Part shown: positions 18,432 to 29,175 of the stretch, in pieces
How positions within the stretch are numbered: position 1 is the stretch's first letter
How the letters are laid out: every line of letters starts with the position of its first letter
DNA from: Candidatus Adlerbacteria bacterium
Lineage (GTDB): Bacteria; Patescibacteriota; Minisyncoccia; Phycocordibacterales; SBAW01
Direction: 5' to 3'
Length of the DNA: 64,000 nt
Assembly: GCA_963749085.1 (NCBI GenBank)
Contig: CAVVLG010000002.1
Coordinates: 370,085-434,084, forward strand
Program-made: the position numbers and the translations under genes
The notes under the pieces: generated by a model
What the model saw: only the letters and a program-made list of their open reading frames with translations
Database searches by the model: none
Told to the model about the DNA's origin: nothing

Positions 18432-19374
18432 TTAAACCAACAAAATATCAGTGAAGCCTCCTTTTTTCTCAAGTGTTTGATACAAGCGATCGAGTGCGGA
18501 ATCGGACATCTTCACAGGAGTGGGTTCTTTCTCTGATAAGTCATAGTACTGGCTATAGACTGAAATAGCCGTCCGCAAAGCGGAATAGGAGTTCGCTCTC
18601 TCCATACCATACGGCCAAAATTCAATGACCATGGGCACTTTCAATGCGAGAGCATTTCGTGCCCCTTGCAAAATGATGCCTTCGTACCCTTGCGTATCCA
18701 TCCAAATCAAATGTGAGTTCCTTCCTATATCTGGAATGACGGAGTCAAGTGACTCAGAGTTTACGATGACGGTTTGTCTTTGTCCTTCAGAACCGGTTCC
18801 CTTTTCGACACTCACTTTAATCCTATGATCGCCACTGTTATTCGGCGACAACTCGAGCGTAAGCGTCTGTTTTCTATCCCCCAACGCAAGATTGAGGGGG
18901 GTGATTTTATCAGCCAGATCGTTTAAATAAATGTTAGAGACAAGCGCGCGATAATTTCGAGGCTCAGGTTCGATAGCAATAGCGTTCACGATGCATATCC
19001 TCGCTTAACTGCGGCCACGCAAATAGTTCCGATATTGGCGCCGATGTCGATCAATGTATCGGGTTAAACGCTCTACCCTCTAGTAAGGATAGTGCTTTCT
19101 CGAATTTCGAGAATTCGTCGTTACCATACACAAATAGGGGCTTTGAAAGGGCTTTGTCCGAGGTGATGACTACAAAGCTCTCGAATCCTCGATCGGCGAG
19201 CAAAAATTCATGGCTTCTGCTTGCACTGTCGAAGCGCGCACGTCGAAACAATGAATAGTCAAATTTATTCGCAAGAGAGAACACTGCGGACAACAAAGTA
19301 TCGGTGATCGTGTAAAAGTAAATTCCGAATCTTGCCCGGATGGTAGCAATCCTGCCTTTGGTAATACTTAACAC
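18432..19374 (-). pseudogene. FkbM family methyltransferase split by two frameshifts
   Basis: Three frames join: ...GRAFNP / DTLIDIGANIGTICVAAVKRGY / NAIAIEPEPRNY...WMDTQGYE. Confidence 0.8.
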
Positions 19375-19418
19375 GTGCTGTATTATACCTTAACTACCTA
19401 CAGTCGCCGATATTTTAC

Positions 19419-20210
19419 ATGACCCTTTCTTATATAATTGTCACCCGCAATAAGTTGTCGTACCTCAAGGTGTCTCTTCCGAAATTGATCGCTCACAAGA
19501 AAGAAGGGGAGGAGATCGTTGTGGTTGATGGCAATAGTACTGACGGTACTGTTGAATATTTAAGGGAACTTTTCAAACGTGGTGATGTCAATCAGTTTGT
19601 TTCTGGACTGGACAAGAGTTTAGGCCATGCAATCAACAAAGGGATCCTTATGGCGAAGGGAGAATTGATCAAGACCATGAGCGATGATGATATTTATTAT
19701 TATGATGAGATGCAGAAAGTCAAAGAATTCCTGCTTGCGCATCCGGACATAGATGCTCTCGGTACGAATGGGAAACAACACGACGGGAAAGAGTATCATC
19801 GGGAAGAGGACTTTCTTCTATGGAAAAATACTCCGTATCATCCTTTTATGATTTACGAACAGGGACTGTGGCTGAGAAGAAGTTCTCTGGCGATTTTCGG
19901 CCTCGCCGACACCTCGTTTACTTACTTTTGGGATGCGGAATTTACCATACGTCTTACGGCAGGAAGGGCGCGTATCGCTTGGTATACGGGAAAAACGTTC
20001 GAACATATTCTAAATCCTAGCAGCGTCGGCGGAGGGAATCCTGATTTATGGAAAGTCGAATCCGCACGGGTGCGACAAATGTATCCGAATCTATACAGTC
20101 GCTGGAGGCATCTGGTCCCGAAGCCTATACGGACTGGTATCAGGTATCTGTTTCCCAAAAAACATCTGGCGACTGCCGAGCAGTCAAATACTCCGACATT
20201 CTTATTTTAA
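19419..20210 (+). CDS. Glycosyltransferase family 2
   Basis: VVDGNSTDGT, AINKG, SDDD. Confidence 0.9.
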   Translation: MTLSYIIVTRNKLSYLKVSLPKLIAHKKEGEEIVVVDGNSTDGTVEYLRELFKRGDVNQFVSGLDKSLGHAINKGILMAKGELIKTMSDDDIYYYDEMQKVKEFLLAHPDIDALGTNGKQHDGKEYHREEDFLLWKNTPYHPFMIYEQGLWLRRSSLAIFGLADTSFTYFWDAEFTIRLTAGRARIAWYTGKTFEHILNPSSVGGGNPDLWKVESARVRQMYPNLYSRWRHLVPKPIRTGIRYLFPKKHLATAEQSNTPTFLF

Positions 20211-20603
20211 CGGACCTTCAACAGAGAAAGATCTTTTGTCGTCAATGTAGGGACCGTTTTTGATTTCGATAACTTCCGAATCTTCCAAAAATTCTACTGC
20301 ATGAGGACCAGAGAGTATGACACACGTCTCGCCCTGGGCGATGTCAGCTTGTGTGGATGTTTTTTCATCCTCGTCAAAAAAGAAGACTCGAAGCTTGCCC
20401 CGAATCACAACAAGGCACTCTTGCAGGACGGTAGTCTCCCGCCGATGCGGTGTATGTGTGTGGGGAGCGACGAGTCGGCCTTTCGCATACTTAAGCGTCA
20501 GGACCTGAAGTGCTCCATCGGACTCAGTCACCGGCACAGAGCCATCCGCTATCGAGCTAATTTTTAGCGCGACGAGTCTTCCTTTGTGAACTATTTTTTC
20601 CAT
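20202..20603 (-). CDS. Cupin-fold protein (WbuC-like)
   Basis: PHTH...QECLVVIRG...[21 protein letters not shown]. Confidence 0.7.
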   Translation of the reverse strand: MEKIVHKGRLVALKISSIADGSVPVTESDGALQVLTLKYAKGRLVAPHTHTPHRRETTVLQECLVVIRGKLRVFFFDEDEKTSTQADIAQGETCVILSGPHAVEFLEDSEVIEIKNGPYIDDKRSFSVEGPLK

Positions 20604-21696
20604 TGATGTGACCGTAGCCCATACTCTTGCGCTGATTGACGATCGTGCTATGCAGGATCGCCTCGCGTTTAGCATATTCAAGATCCTCTTTCGTCATGAG
20701 CGCGGCAAGCTGTTTGAACGTGACGTTTGGTTTCCAATTCAGAACGCGGCGCGCCTTTGACGAATCCCCGAGCAATGTATCGACTTCATTGGGTCGGAAA
20801 TATCGCGGATCGACCTCCACGACCGTCTTCCCAGTTTTGTTGTCGATACCCCGCTCCTTCATGCCTTTTCCTTTCCATTCAAGCGACATATCAAGGTTGC
20901 GCGCAACTTCCTCGACAAATTCGCGCACCGTGTGATTTTCACCGGTTGCGATGAGAAAATCATCTGGCTCATTGTGCTGCAGGATGCGCCACATCGCCTC
21001 CACGTAATCCTTGGAGAATCCCCAGTCGCGCTTCGCCTCAAGGTTGCCGAGGCGAATGAGCGGCTGGAGCCCGAGCTTTACTTGAGCGAGGCCAAGCGTG
21101 ATCTTGCGCGTGACGAAATTGATACCGCGGCGCGGCGATTCGTGATTGAACAAAATGCCGTTTGAAGCGAAGAGTCCGTATCCGGTCCGGTATTGCTTCG
21201 TGACATTGAACGCAAACACTTTTGACGCGCCGTAGGGCGATTGAGGATTGAAAGGGGTTGTTTCTTTTTGTGGCATTTCGAGGACTCTGCCGAACATTTC
21301 AGACGAGCTTGCTTGATAGAAGCGGATTGGAAAGTCGACGTTGCGGATTATTTCAAGGAGTCGCAGAGGCCCGAGCGCGTCGATGTTAGCGGTGTACTCG
21401 GCTTTGTCGAAGCTCACGCCGACGTGGCTCTGCGCACCGAGATTGTAGATCTCATGCGGCTTTACTTTGTTGATGATGCGGAAGAGATTGGAACTATCGG
21501 AGAGATCTCCATAGAGCATCACAAAATTGGGCTTTTCTGTATCGTCGTAGAGATGATCTATTCGCGCGGTATTGGGAAGGCTCGCACGGCGCTGGAGTCC
21601 AAACACGTGATATCCTTTTTGGAGTAGGAGTTCACAGAGATACGAACCATCTTGGCCCGTGGCGCCTGTTATAAAGGCCCTCTTTTTTTCTGGCAT
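20557..21696 (-). CDS. gmd: GDP-mannose 4,6-dehydratase
   Basis: [39 protein letters not shown]. Confidence 0.97.
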   Translation of the reverse strand: MPEKKRAFITGATGQDGSYLCELLLQKGYHVFGLQRRASLPNTARIDHLYDDTEKPNFVMLYGDLSDSSNLFRIINKVKPHEIYNLGAQSHVGVSFDKAEYTANIDALGPLRLLEIIRNVDFPIRFYQASSSEMFGRVLEMPQKETTPFNPQSPYGASKVFAFNVTKQYRTGYGLFASNGILFNHESPRRGINFVTRKITLGLAQVKLGLQPLIRLGNLEAKRDWGFSKDYVEAMWRILQHNEPDDFLIATGENHTVREFVEEVARNLDMSLEWKGKGMKERGIDNKTGKTVVEVDPRYFRPNEVDTLLGDSSKARRVLNWKPNVTFKQLAALMTKEDLEYAKREAILHSTIVNQRKSMGYGHINGKNSSQRKTRRAKN

Positions 21697-21729
21697 AGGG
21701 GTCTATACTACGCTAAGTCATACACGTGT

Positions 21730-22521
21730 TCAAGTAGAGCGCAGGCGTTCGATATCTTCTTTGGATAATTTCCAGCCAAGTGCGCCGGTATTTTCTTCGA
21801 TGTGCGTCGGGTTGCCAGATTTTGGAATTGCAATCATGTCCTGCGAAATAATCCAGTTGAGTGCGATTTGATTAGGAGTCTTGGTATATTTTTTTGCGAG
21901 TTCCTCAAGCAACGCGCTTGTATGTTGTGCGAGCATACCCTTTGAGAGCGGCCGATATGCAATGATGTCGATATCGTGCGCACGACAGTAAGGAATAACG
22001 TCATGCTCAGCCTCTCGTGCCAGTAAATTGTATTCGAATTCATTTGCACTGAGCGTCGTATGTGTCAGATAATGCTGTGCTTCTTCCAAAAGCAACGGGG
22101 GAAAATTACTGACGCCGATTGCACGAACTGTTTTTTCATCCACTAGCTTTTCTATAGCACGCATCGTTTCGGAAAGCAGAATCTCGTGGTTAGGCCAGTG
22201 AATAAGGTAAAGGTCAATATACTTAGCATCAAGCCGTCTGAGGCTGCCGTCAACCGCTCGAAGCACGTCGTCATGGCGAAGGTTGGTTTTCCATACCTTA
22301 CTGATAAGGTAGACATTTTGGCGCTGTCCTGCGATAGCGTGGCCGACGATTTCTTCACTCAATCCGCCCCCGTACAATTCGGCGACGTCAATGATCTTCA
22401 GTCCAAGGGAAAGTCCCGTGCGCAGTGCATTAATTGAGGCGTCAATATTGTCGGGATTACGCTCCCAGGTGCCGCCCATGCCCCACGTACCCATCCCGAG
22501 ATATGGCTCTGGAAGATGCAT
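21730..22521 (-). CDS. Aldo/keto reductase
   Basis: GMGTW, DVAELY, SKVW, DLYLIHWP, IGVSNF, IPKS. Confidence 0.93.
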   Translation of the reverse strand: MHLPEPYLGMGTWGMGGTWERNPDNIDASINALRTGLSLGLKIIDVAELYGGGLSEEIVGHAIAGQRQNVYLISKVWKTNLRHDDVLRAVDGSLRRLDAKYIDLYLIHWPNHEILLSETMRAIEKLVDEKTVRAIGVSNFPPLLLEEAQHYLTHTTLSANEFEYNLLAREAEHDVIPYCRAHDIDIIAYRPLSKGMLAQHTSALLEELAKKYTKTPNQIALNWIISQDMIAIPKSGNPTHIEENTGALGWKLSKEDIERLRST

Positions 22522-22525
22522 GTCA

Positions 22526-23737
22526 CTAAATACGTCTCGGAACAGGATTGGGAATGATAAAAATACCTTTGTACCCTTTCTGTTGTATCTTCGACACAAG
22601 TTCATCAGCCAAATTCCAAGAAAGCAGGAGCGCCGCTTCGGGTTGTTCATCGAATAGGTATTTCTCATCCACAACCGGAATATGCATACCAGGGGAATAT
22701 AAACCTATTTTCAAGGGACTTTTTTCGGTGAGGTATTCGACCAACATCGTATCGAGTCCGCAGTAGTTAAGGAGAGTATTGCCCTTGGCAGGAGCACCAA
22801 TCCCGGCGATACGTGCATTCTTTTTTTTGAAGTCATATACAATATCGAGTAAAGCAAACTTTGTGGAAATTACATCTGCGGCAAATTTCTTATAGCGCGC
22901 GAGAGAATTAAAACCACGTTCTCTTTCAAGTTCACGAAGTATCTCGATACTCTTTGAAATAGGCCAAGCACCCGCATGTGCCGCATATACCCGTATCGAC
23001 CCACCATGGATTGCAATGCGCTCCACATTAATGATTTCCATATCGTAGCGCGCAAAGAGAGTCTCGAGGGAGGTCACACTGTAGTAGCGCAAATGTTCAT
23101 GGTAGATCGAGTCATATTGCATGCCCTCAACCATATCGACGACATATCCATTCTCCGAAATAAATACACCTTTCTCGTCGAGAAGTTCTTTGATACCACG
23201 CATAAATGAATCGAGTTCCTTAACATGCGCAAAAACATTGGTTGCGGTAATTACTTTGGCCGTAGAATGTTCCTGGCGTATTCGTTCAACTACTTCAAAA
23301 TTGAAGTATTCGACAAGGGTGGGTATGCCTTTTTGAAGTGCGAATGCAGTGGTACTTGAAGGATCAATACCAAGCACTTTGACGCCATGCGAGAGATAAT
23401 TCTCGAGCAGAGTGCCATCATTTGAGCCTATGTCAACGACAAAATCGCCAACCCCGAGTCGATAGTCGCTGATAATGTTTCCGACAAGCGCTTTGAAGTT
23501 CGCTCTAAGACTGTTGTTGGTGCCCGTATTATAGACATACTCACGAAAGAGAATATCGGGTTCAACGACATACCCAAGCTGTACCAGTGTGCATACACTG
23601 CAGAAGAAAAGGTCGAGTGGGTAAGTAATCTCCGGTTTTTGTAAATCTTCTTGCTTGAGAAAGGCGTCGCTTGGCGGTTGATGGCCGAGAGACAAAAATT
23701 TATAGAGTTCTTCTGTTCCACATAGTGCACACCTCAT
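22526..23737 (-). CDS. NDP-hexose C-methyltransferase (Zn-binding, SAM-dependent)
   Basis: CALC...CSVC, DIGSNDG, DSIYHEHLRYYS, HGGSIR, GAPAKGNTLL. Confidence 0.9.
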   Translation of the reverse strand: MRCALCGTEELYKFLSLGHQPPSDAFLKQEDLQKPEITYPLDLFFCSVCTLVQLGYVVEPDILFREYVYNTGTNNSLRANFKALVGNIISDYRLGVGDFVVDIGSNDGTLLENYLSHGVKVLGIDPSSTTAFALQKGIPTLVEYFNFEVVERIRQEHSTAKVITATNVFAHVKELDSFMRGIKELLDEKGVFISENGYVVDMVEGMQYDSIYHEHLRYYSVTSLETLFARYDMEIINVERIAIHGGSIRVYAAHAGAWPISKSIEILRELERERGFNSLARYKKFAADVISTKFALLDIVYDFKKKNARIAGIGAPAKGNTLLNYCGLDTMLVEYLTEKSPLKIGLYSPGMHIPVVDEKYLFDEQPEAALLLSWNLADELVSKIQQKGYKGIFIIPNPVPRRI

Positions 23738-23831
23738 TCGAGTATTTTAGAACTTTCTGAGCGATGAGCAAGCAGCATACCGGCCTCTCATAAACGCGGC
23801 TCTTTCATTGGCGTGTTATAGTATTACGCGC

Positions 23832-24752
23832 ATGCAAAAAGGCAAGAACGCTGAACTTCTAGAGGCCTTCGCAAGTGAACAATTCAGAAAACGCCTCGAG
23901 AGAGCCCAGCGCTTCGAGCACATAAGTGGTGGTGGAATCATTAAAAAAATTCAACGGCTGTTGGATGCGCCAAGCATCTACATCCCCTATCTACTCTTCA
24001 CGAAAACCGGCCTTTACCATTGGCAACATACCCAAGTAACACTGTTTTGGAGTCGCTTGATCACAATGCCTCTTTCGGACTATGACGCATTGACTCTTTA
24101 TATGTATGGAACACTCCCTGGCTCGGAACTTAAATTAACAAAATTTTTTATTAAAAATCTCTATCCGGATGATGTATTTTATGACATCGGCGCAAATCGC
24201 GGCTTTTATACGTTCCTAGCCTCTGAACTATGCAAAGAAGTGCACGCGTTCGAACCGATGTCTGCACTTGCTGAGGTGATAGAAGAAAATATTCATGTGA
24301 ATGAGCACGTAACCGTCAATGCGGTCGCGCTGTCGGATATTAATGGGTCTATAGACTTCTATACAACGGATTCAACGATGACCAGCACTATCAGTGCTGC
24401 AGTGGCTGGACATAATATAACCAAGAAAAGCAGGGTGCGAAGCGCGACACTCGATGCATATGTTGCGGCGCACACCAAACCGACTATCCTCAAAATAGAT
24501 GCCGAAGGAGCGGAAGATAGAATACTCAAGGGTGGCGTGAATTTCTTTTCTTCGCATGCTCCAGTTATTGCCATGGAAATTTGGGGCAAAGATAACGATT
24601 GGAACCTCTCCATGAGTGCTTCAGAAAGGCTCTGGAGCATGGGATATCAGTCATCGCGTTTGGACGAGGAAGGTAATACCCATGATGCTACGGGTGATCT
24701 CTCTGCAATAGTTCCTGCCCAAGGCACTGAAAACTTTATTTTTAAAAAATAA
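23832..24752 (+). CDS. FkbM family methyltransferase
   Basis: YDIGANRGFY, AFEP, KIDAEGAE. Confidence 0.9.
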   Translation: MQKGKNAELLEAFASEQFRKRLERAQRFEHISGGGIIKKIQRLLDAPSIYIPYLLFTKTGLYHWQHTQVTLFWSRLITMPLSDYDALTLYMYGTLPGSELKLTKFFIKNLYPDDVFYDIGANRGFYTFLASELCKEVHAFEPMSALAEVIEENIHVNEHVTVNAVALSDINGSIDFYTTDSTMTSTISAAVAGHNITKKSRVRSATLDAYVAAHTKPTILKIDAEGAEDRILKGGVNFFSSHAPVIAMEIWGKDNDWNLSMSASERLWSMGYQSSRLDEEGNTHDATGDLSAIVPAQGTENFIFKK

Positions 24753-24756
24753 GCAG

Positions 24757-25305
24757 CTACGGTTTTCTACCAAGGAGATGATAGAGATGTACACTTTCTC
24801 CACTGTAGAGTGTCTCGGCAACCGAGAGGAACGGGTGAAATACTCTGGGGAAAAATGACTTGCACGCATAAAAGAATCCCCCATCGCTCGATATCTGAAC
24901 GTCAACAAAGTCTCTAAATAAAAACTTGGCACCGTCTTTAGTGAACCGGTAGTAGTCTGGGCAATAAGCCCCCGCATTCATGCCTCCGTGGTACGGGTGG
25001 ATAAAGAGAATAGTAGCGTATACATATCCACCCGAACGCAAGACTCTTTTCACCTCTTCCACGAAGAGATGCGGTGTCTCAAGATGTTCCAGGAGATTAA
25101 AATTGATGACCGCATCAATACTTCCATCAGGAAGCGGCATAGCGTATGCGGAACCGACGATATCGGGTTTGGCGAGGGAATTTATATTGAGCGTTTTATA
25201 GTCTTTACCTTCAAAAAATGAGTTTAATTCTCCATGCAATCCGCCAACATTCAGGATACGGTTACAGTTCTGCCGGATCGTTTCAAGAGATTCTTGTTCT
25301 GTCAT
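24757..25305 (-). CDS. Class I SAM-dependent methyltransferase (type 11-like)
   Basis: ILNVGG, LLEHL, RVLRSGG, DYYRFT. Confidence 0.85.
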   Translation of the reverse strand: MTEQESLETIRQNCNRILNVGGLHGELNSFFEGKDYKTLNINSLAKPDIVGSAYAMPLPDGSIDAVINFNLLEHLETPHLFVEEVKRVLRSGGYVYATILFIHPYHGGMNAGAYCPDYYRFTKDGAKFLFRDFVDVQISSDGGFFYACKSFFPRVFHPFLSVAETLYSGESVHLYHLLGRKP

Positions 25306-25414
25306 AGGTTACATCTCTGGCAACTGTTATCGTACCACGCTCATACAAAGATACCGTTTTTGCACCATACTTGTTATCATTAACAAGTTATTATACACAC
25401 GAGTTATCCTTACT

Positions 25415-26584
25415 ATGTCCGTTTCTATCATCACGTTCGCAAATTTAGGCAGAAAAACAAACCTCAAAACAACGGAGATTGTTCCGATTATTGATGCATT
25501 CGCGAAAGCGGATGAACTCCACCAGGTCATCTGCGAGATAAACAAGGGATTTTATTTCAAGCACACCTCCCCTGCCATCCCAACACTGCTACATTACGCC
25601 ATCCGCATATTTGAAAAAACATCGGGAAAATCATTATCGCGTCGTTCGAGAGAAAAACTGTTTGATTTCTGTGCAGCACTAAGACTGGGGTATGCTGATG
25701 TGTCTATTTTTCATTCTGGATATATGTTGCCGAAGACAGTTTTGAAAGCACGTTCAAAGAACTCTATTACGGCAGACATCACTGTGTATGCCTCATTGGC
25801 GACCAATGTGGCCCTAGAAAAAGCAGAGCTAGCGATGCTTGGACACTCCTCCTACCAAGGAGTGTACACTAACCTCAGCAAGGACACTCCCGACAATACA
25901 TTATTCGACTACATGATCGCCACATCAGATTTTGCAAGAAAGTCTTTCATTGAGGCGGGGTTTCCTGCAGAGCGAACCTTTATTGTGTATCCTGATGTCG
26001 ACCTGAAACGTTTCACTCCCCGATCTACACAAGCGCCCAAAGACAATACCTTCCGATTACTATATCTTGCGTTCACCACTCCACTGAAAGGCTTGCACTA
26101 CCTACTCGACGCGTGGGAGCAGGCAAATTTACCCAACGCTGAACTGTTAATCGTCGGAGGGTTTGCTTCAATGCCCTCAGAACTGCGGGAGTGGTACGAA
26201 AGTCGCATACGAAAAAACCCGAGCATAGTGTTGGCACCGGGTACTGACGAGCCCGAAAAATATTATTGGCAGTCATCCGCTTTTGTGTTCCCGACGCTCA
26301 CCGAAGGTTTTGGAAAGGTCACCCTTGAAGCTATGGCGTGTGGTATACCAGTCATCACAACTGAGCATGCGGCCGGTATTGTTGAGGATGGTGTAAGTGG
26401 TTTTGTGCTTCCCATACGTGACGTACAAGGCTTGCGTGAAAAAATAGAATTGTTGTATCGCAATCCTGAGAAGCGTATTGAAATGGGAAACGCTGCACGC
26501 AAAGCCGCCGAAAACAAGAAACCTTCCGGGGAAGCTACCTTAGAGATATATAAAGAAATCCTTAAACGGGAACACCGAACATAA
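25415..26584 (+). CDS. Glycosyltransferase family 4
   Basis: KGLHYLL, EGFGKVTLEAMACG. Confidence 0.92.
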   Translation: MSVSIITFANLGRKTNLKTTEIVPIIDAFAKADELHQVICEINKGFYFKHTSPAIPTLLHYAIRIFEKTSGKSLSRRSREKLFDFCAALRLGYADVSIFHSGYMLPKTVLKARSKNSITADITVYASLATNVALEKAELAMLGHSSYQGVYTNLSKDTPDNTLFDYMIATSDFARKSFIEAGFPAERTFIVYPDVDLKRFTPRSTQAPKDNTFRLLYLAFTTPLKGLHYLLDAWEQANLPNAELLIVGGFASMPSELREWYESRIRKNPSIVLAPGTDEPEKYYWQSSAFVFPTLTEGFGKVTLEAMACGIPVITTEHAAGIVEDGVSGFVLPIRDVQGLREKIELLYRNPEKRIEMGNAARKAAENKKPSGEATLEIYKEILKREHRT

Positions 26585-26681
26585 CATCATGGCGAGATAC
26601 GGTTATGGGCGAGAGAAGAACACCAAGCTGCAAACACAAGGCTGGGTAGAAAAATCAAGGCGAGTATGGCAAGCGTTTTTT

Positions 26682-27353
26682 TCATGCTGTTATTTTCACG
26701 CGCATCGTACACCAGTCTTCGTGGATGATTTTGACAGTGCCTATTTTCCGAGCCTCTTCTTCCTGTCCGCTCCCCTTGCGGATGTCTACGATGACAGTTC
26801 CTCTGTCGTGCAAGCAACGCTCAAAAATGTTTTGATACGTGCTGAGCGGATAGTGAAAGCCGCACGAAAGCAAGGAGAGGATAAGATTGGGAACGGGGAG
26901 CAAGGACGTTTGTTCTGGGGTCAGAAAATGTATCTGTTCTTCCTTCATGCCGTGTTCGGTCAGGAGTTCTCTGGCTTTTGAGAAGCTGTTGTAGAAACCG
27001 TGGTGGGAGGAGAAGCCCGCAGTCGTGGCGCTGTTCTCGTTTTTGTCCAGCAGAAAAAAGGTGGCAGCGGGATAGTGCCGCGCAAGAAAGATGTCTATGC
27101 CTCCCAGTCCAGCACCTATGTCCACAACCACATCAGAGGCAATCGGCAGTTCACTCGCCATAGCCTCGTACTCCCGTTTCATTGAAGCGACGTAGTTTGC
27201 CTTTATAGCCGTGGCATACAACATCCCCCTCCACCATCCACCGAACCGATAGAGGAAAGGAAACTTGTACTCGAACATCCCAGAGATACGATTGAGTGCC
27301 GTATCGGGACAGCAGTCTGCGCGTTGCCGAACGATGAGAGAAGCAGTGTTCAT
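26682..27353 (-). CDS. SAM-dependent methyltransferase
   Basis: VVDIGAGLGGID, SCGFHYP. Confidence 0.75.
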   Translation of the reverse strand: MNTASLIVRQRADCCPDTALNRISGMFEYKFPFLYRFGGWWRGMLYATAIKANYVASMKREYEAMASELPIASDVVVDIGAGLGGIDIFLARHYPAATFFLLDKNENSATTAGFSSHHGFYNSFSKARELLTEHGMKEEQIHFLTPEQTSLLPVPNLILSLLSCGFHYPLSTYQNIFERCLHDRGTVIVDIRKGSGQEEEARKIGTVKIIHEDWCTMRVKITA

Positions 27354-27374
27354 GTTGTTTGGATGATATTGAGG

Positions 27375-28349
27375 TTACACGGATTGTGCCCTTGCCGTAG
27401 CCATGTTTGACATTTCTGGGGCCTTCCAATCAGGATGGCGGGCTAAATAGCCCTTAAGCTCCCCAATCGCCAATGCGACAGAGCCTTGGGGCGCAAATCC
27501 GGATGCTCCAATAAACTTTGAAAAATCAACGGAGTAGGATCGCGGGTCGTCGAAGCTTTTGCGCTCCTCATAGACTGCATCCGGAATTGCAGTTTTAACC
27601 ATATGACCAATCTCGCTCACCTTATAGTTTTCACCACTTCCCACATTGAATGTTTGGTTACCCACTACTGTAGTGGGTAGTTCTATGCAGCGTCGGACTG
27701 CATCGGCGACATCGCCGACATAGATGAACGGCCTCCAATTTTCACCCGCGATAATGGTTATTTTATTATCCACATAAGCGGTGGCAGTAATAGTGTTAAC
27801 CATTAGATCGAAACGTGGTCTGTGCGATAATCCATATACTGTCGCGAGACGTAAAATAGTCGGCTTAAAATGCTCCCCGGCGAGACTTTTTAGAAACTTC
27901 TCGACCTCAACCTTATATCGCCCATAGTCAGAAACGGGATTGAGCGCCGCCGTTTCCTTTAGCATGCTTTCCGATGAAAAACCGTAAACGCTGCATGAGG
28001 ACGTGTATATAAACTTTTCTATAGTGAGCTTTCGCGCGATAAGGGCAGCTGAGCAAGGTGCGAGATAATTTATCTCAAAAGCGAGATCCGGCCGCGCCGC
28101 ACATACCGGGTCGCCTACCAACTCTGCAAGGTATACGACCGTTTGGCATCCCTGCATTGCCTGATGGAGAACCGACACATCGCGGGTGTCCCCCACGATA
28201 AATTCAAGATTTGATGATTGTGGAACGGAGTCGCGATTCTTATAAATACATTGATCGAGAACTCGAACATCCTCGCCATCTTGCAAGAGCTTGGCCACTA
28301 ACATGGAGCCAATGTATCCCGCACCACCAACCACAAGAATCTTATTCAT
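27375..28349 (-). CDS. NAD-dependent epimerase/dehydratase
   Basis: GGAGYIGS, SSCSVYG, YGRYK, RPRFDL. Confidence 0.92.
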   Translation of the reverse strand: MNKILVVGGAGYIGSMLVAKLLQDGEDVRVLDQCIYKNRDSVPQSSNLEFIVGDTRDVSVLHQAMQGCQTVVYLAELVGDPVCAARPDLAFEINYLAPCSAALIARKLTIEKFIYTSSCSVYGFSSESMLKETAALNPVSDYGRYKVEVEKFLKSLAGEHFKPTILRLATVYGLSHRPRFDLMVNTITATAYVDNKITIIAGENWRPFIYVGDVADAVRRCIELPTTVVGNQTFNVGSGENYKVSEIGHMVKTAIPDAVYEERKSFDDPRSYSVDFSKFIGASGFAPQGSVALAIGELKGYLARHPDWKAPEMSNMATARAQSV

Positions 28350-28386
28350 CGGTATTTCAGTATAATAGAGCAGATGCGGAAGCAAA

Positions 28387-29172
28387 TCAAAGGGTTGAGA
28401 GAGGGCTTTCAAGAAGCGCGCTCGGTAAAATAAATTGCGCCCCGAGCCTGCGGGCCTGCTCAATGAGCTTACGCAGGCGCGCTTTCTTTTCGTCGGTATA
28501 AAAATGCAAATGCGTCACCACAACGAACACGCCGTTTTTGTCGTGCGCGTACTGCAAACCGTCAAACACATCCTCATCTTCAAGACGATATGAGCACACT
28601 TCTTTATGCTTGCCAAAATCAAGCACATACGGATAGGCAAAAGGGTTAAATAATTTAAACCAGAGCATCCGCACAAAAATCACCGCATACTGCCACCGCC
28701 ACAACCAATTACGCAGGCCGGCGCCACGCCCGCGGATGATGATGCCGAGGCCCGCCGTCTCAACGGCCTTGATGCCGTCACTCCCCACCCAGTCATGCGG
28801 CGGCACAAAGACGCGCGGCGCGTTGCCAAAGGCGCGCGTGAGCTCCTCCTTCCCGCGCAGCGCCTCGCCGTGCGGCAGCGCGCGTGCATACTCAAATGCG
28901 CCATCTTTCGTTTGGTGTGTCGTGCCGTGCTGTAAAATTTCAATAAGCGGGTTACCCTTCACATAAGCGATAAGCGCCGGATTACCGGTTATGGGGTACT
29001 CTTTGTCTTCTTTCTGCGCGGCTGCCACATACACATCACTGCTGCCGCGTACGAACGGTATGGTTGAAAAGCCGATAGGGATGTTTTGTGCAAATAGATC
29101 GCTATACCATCGCTCGATATCGGCGGGCTGTGAAAAATAATTTAAATCGTCATCACGGATGATAAAAAACAT
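28387..29172 (-). CDS. Polysaccharide deacetylase-like (DUF2334)
   Basis: IRDDD, QHGTTH, FVPPH. Confidence 0.75.
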   Translation of the reverse strand: MFFIIRDDDLNYFSQPADIERWYSDLFAQNIPIGFSTIPFVRGSSDVYVAAAQKEDKEYPITGNPALIAYVKGNPLIEILQHGTTHQTKDGAFEYARALPHGEALRGKEELTRAFGNAPRVFVPPHDWVGSDGIKAVETAGLGIIIRGRGAGLRNWLWRWQYAVIFVRMLWFKLFNPFAYPYVLDFGKHKEVCSYRLEDEDVFDGLQYAHDKNGVFVVVTHLHFYTDEKKARLRKLIEQARRLGAQFILPSALLESPLSTL

Positions 29173-29175
29173 ATA

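Noticed and set aside
26587-26685. 32-aa ORF MKKTLAILALIFLPSLVFAAW... coupled to the methyltransferase stop
   Set aside because: Looks like the signal-peptide stub of a deleted gene; too short to support a call
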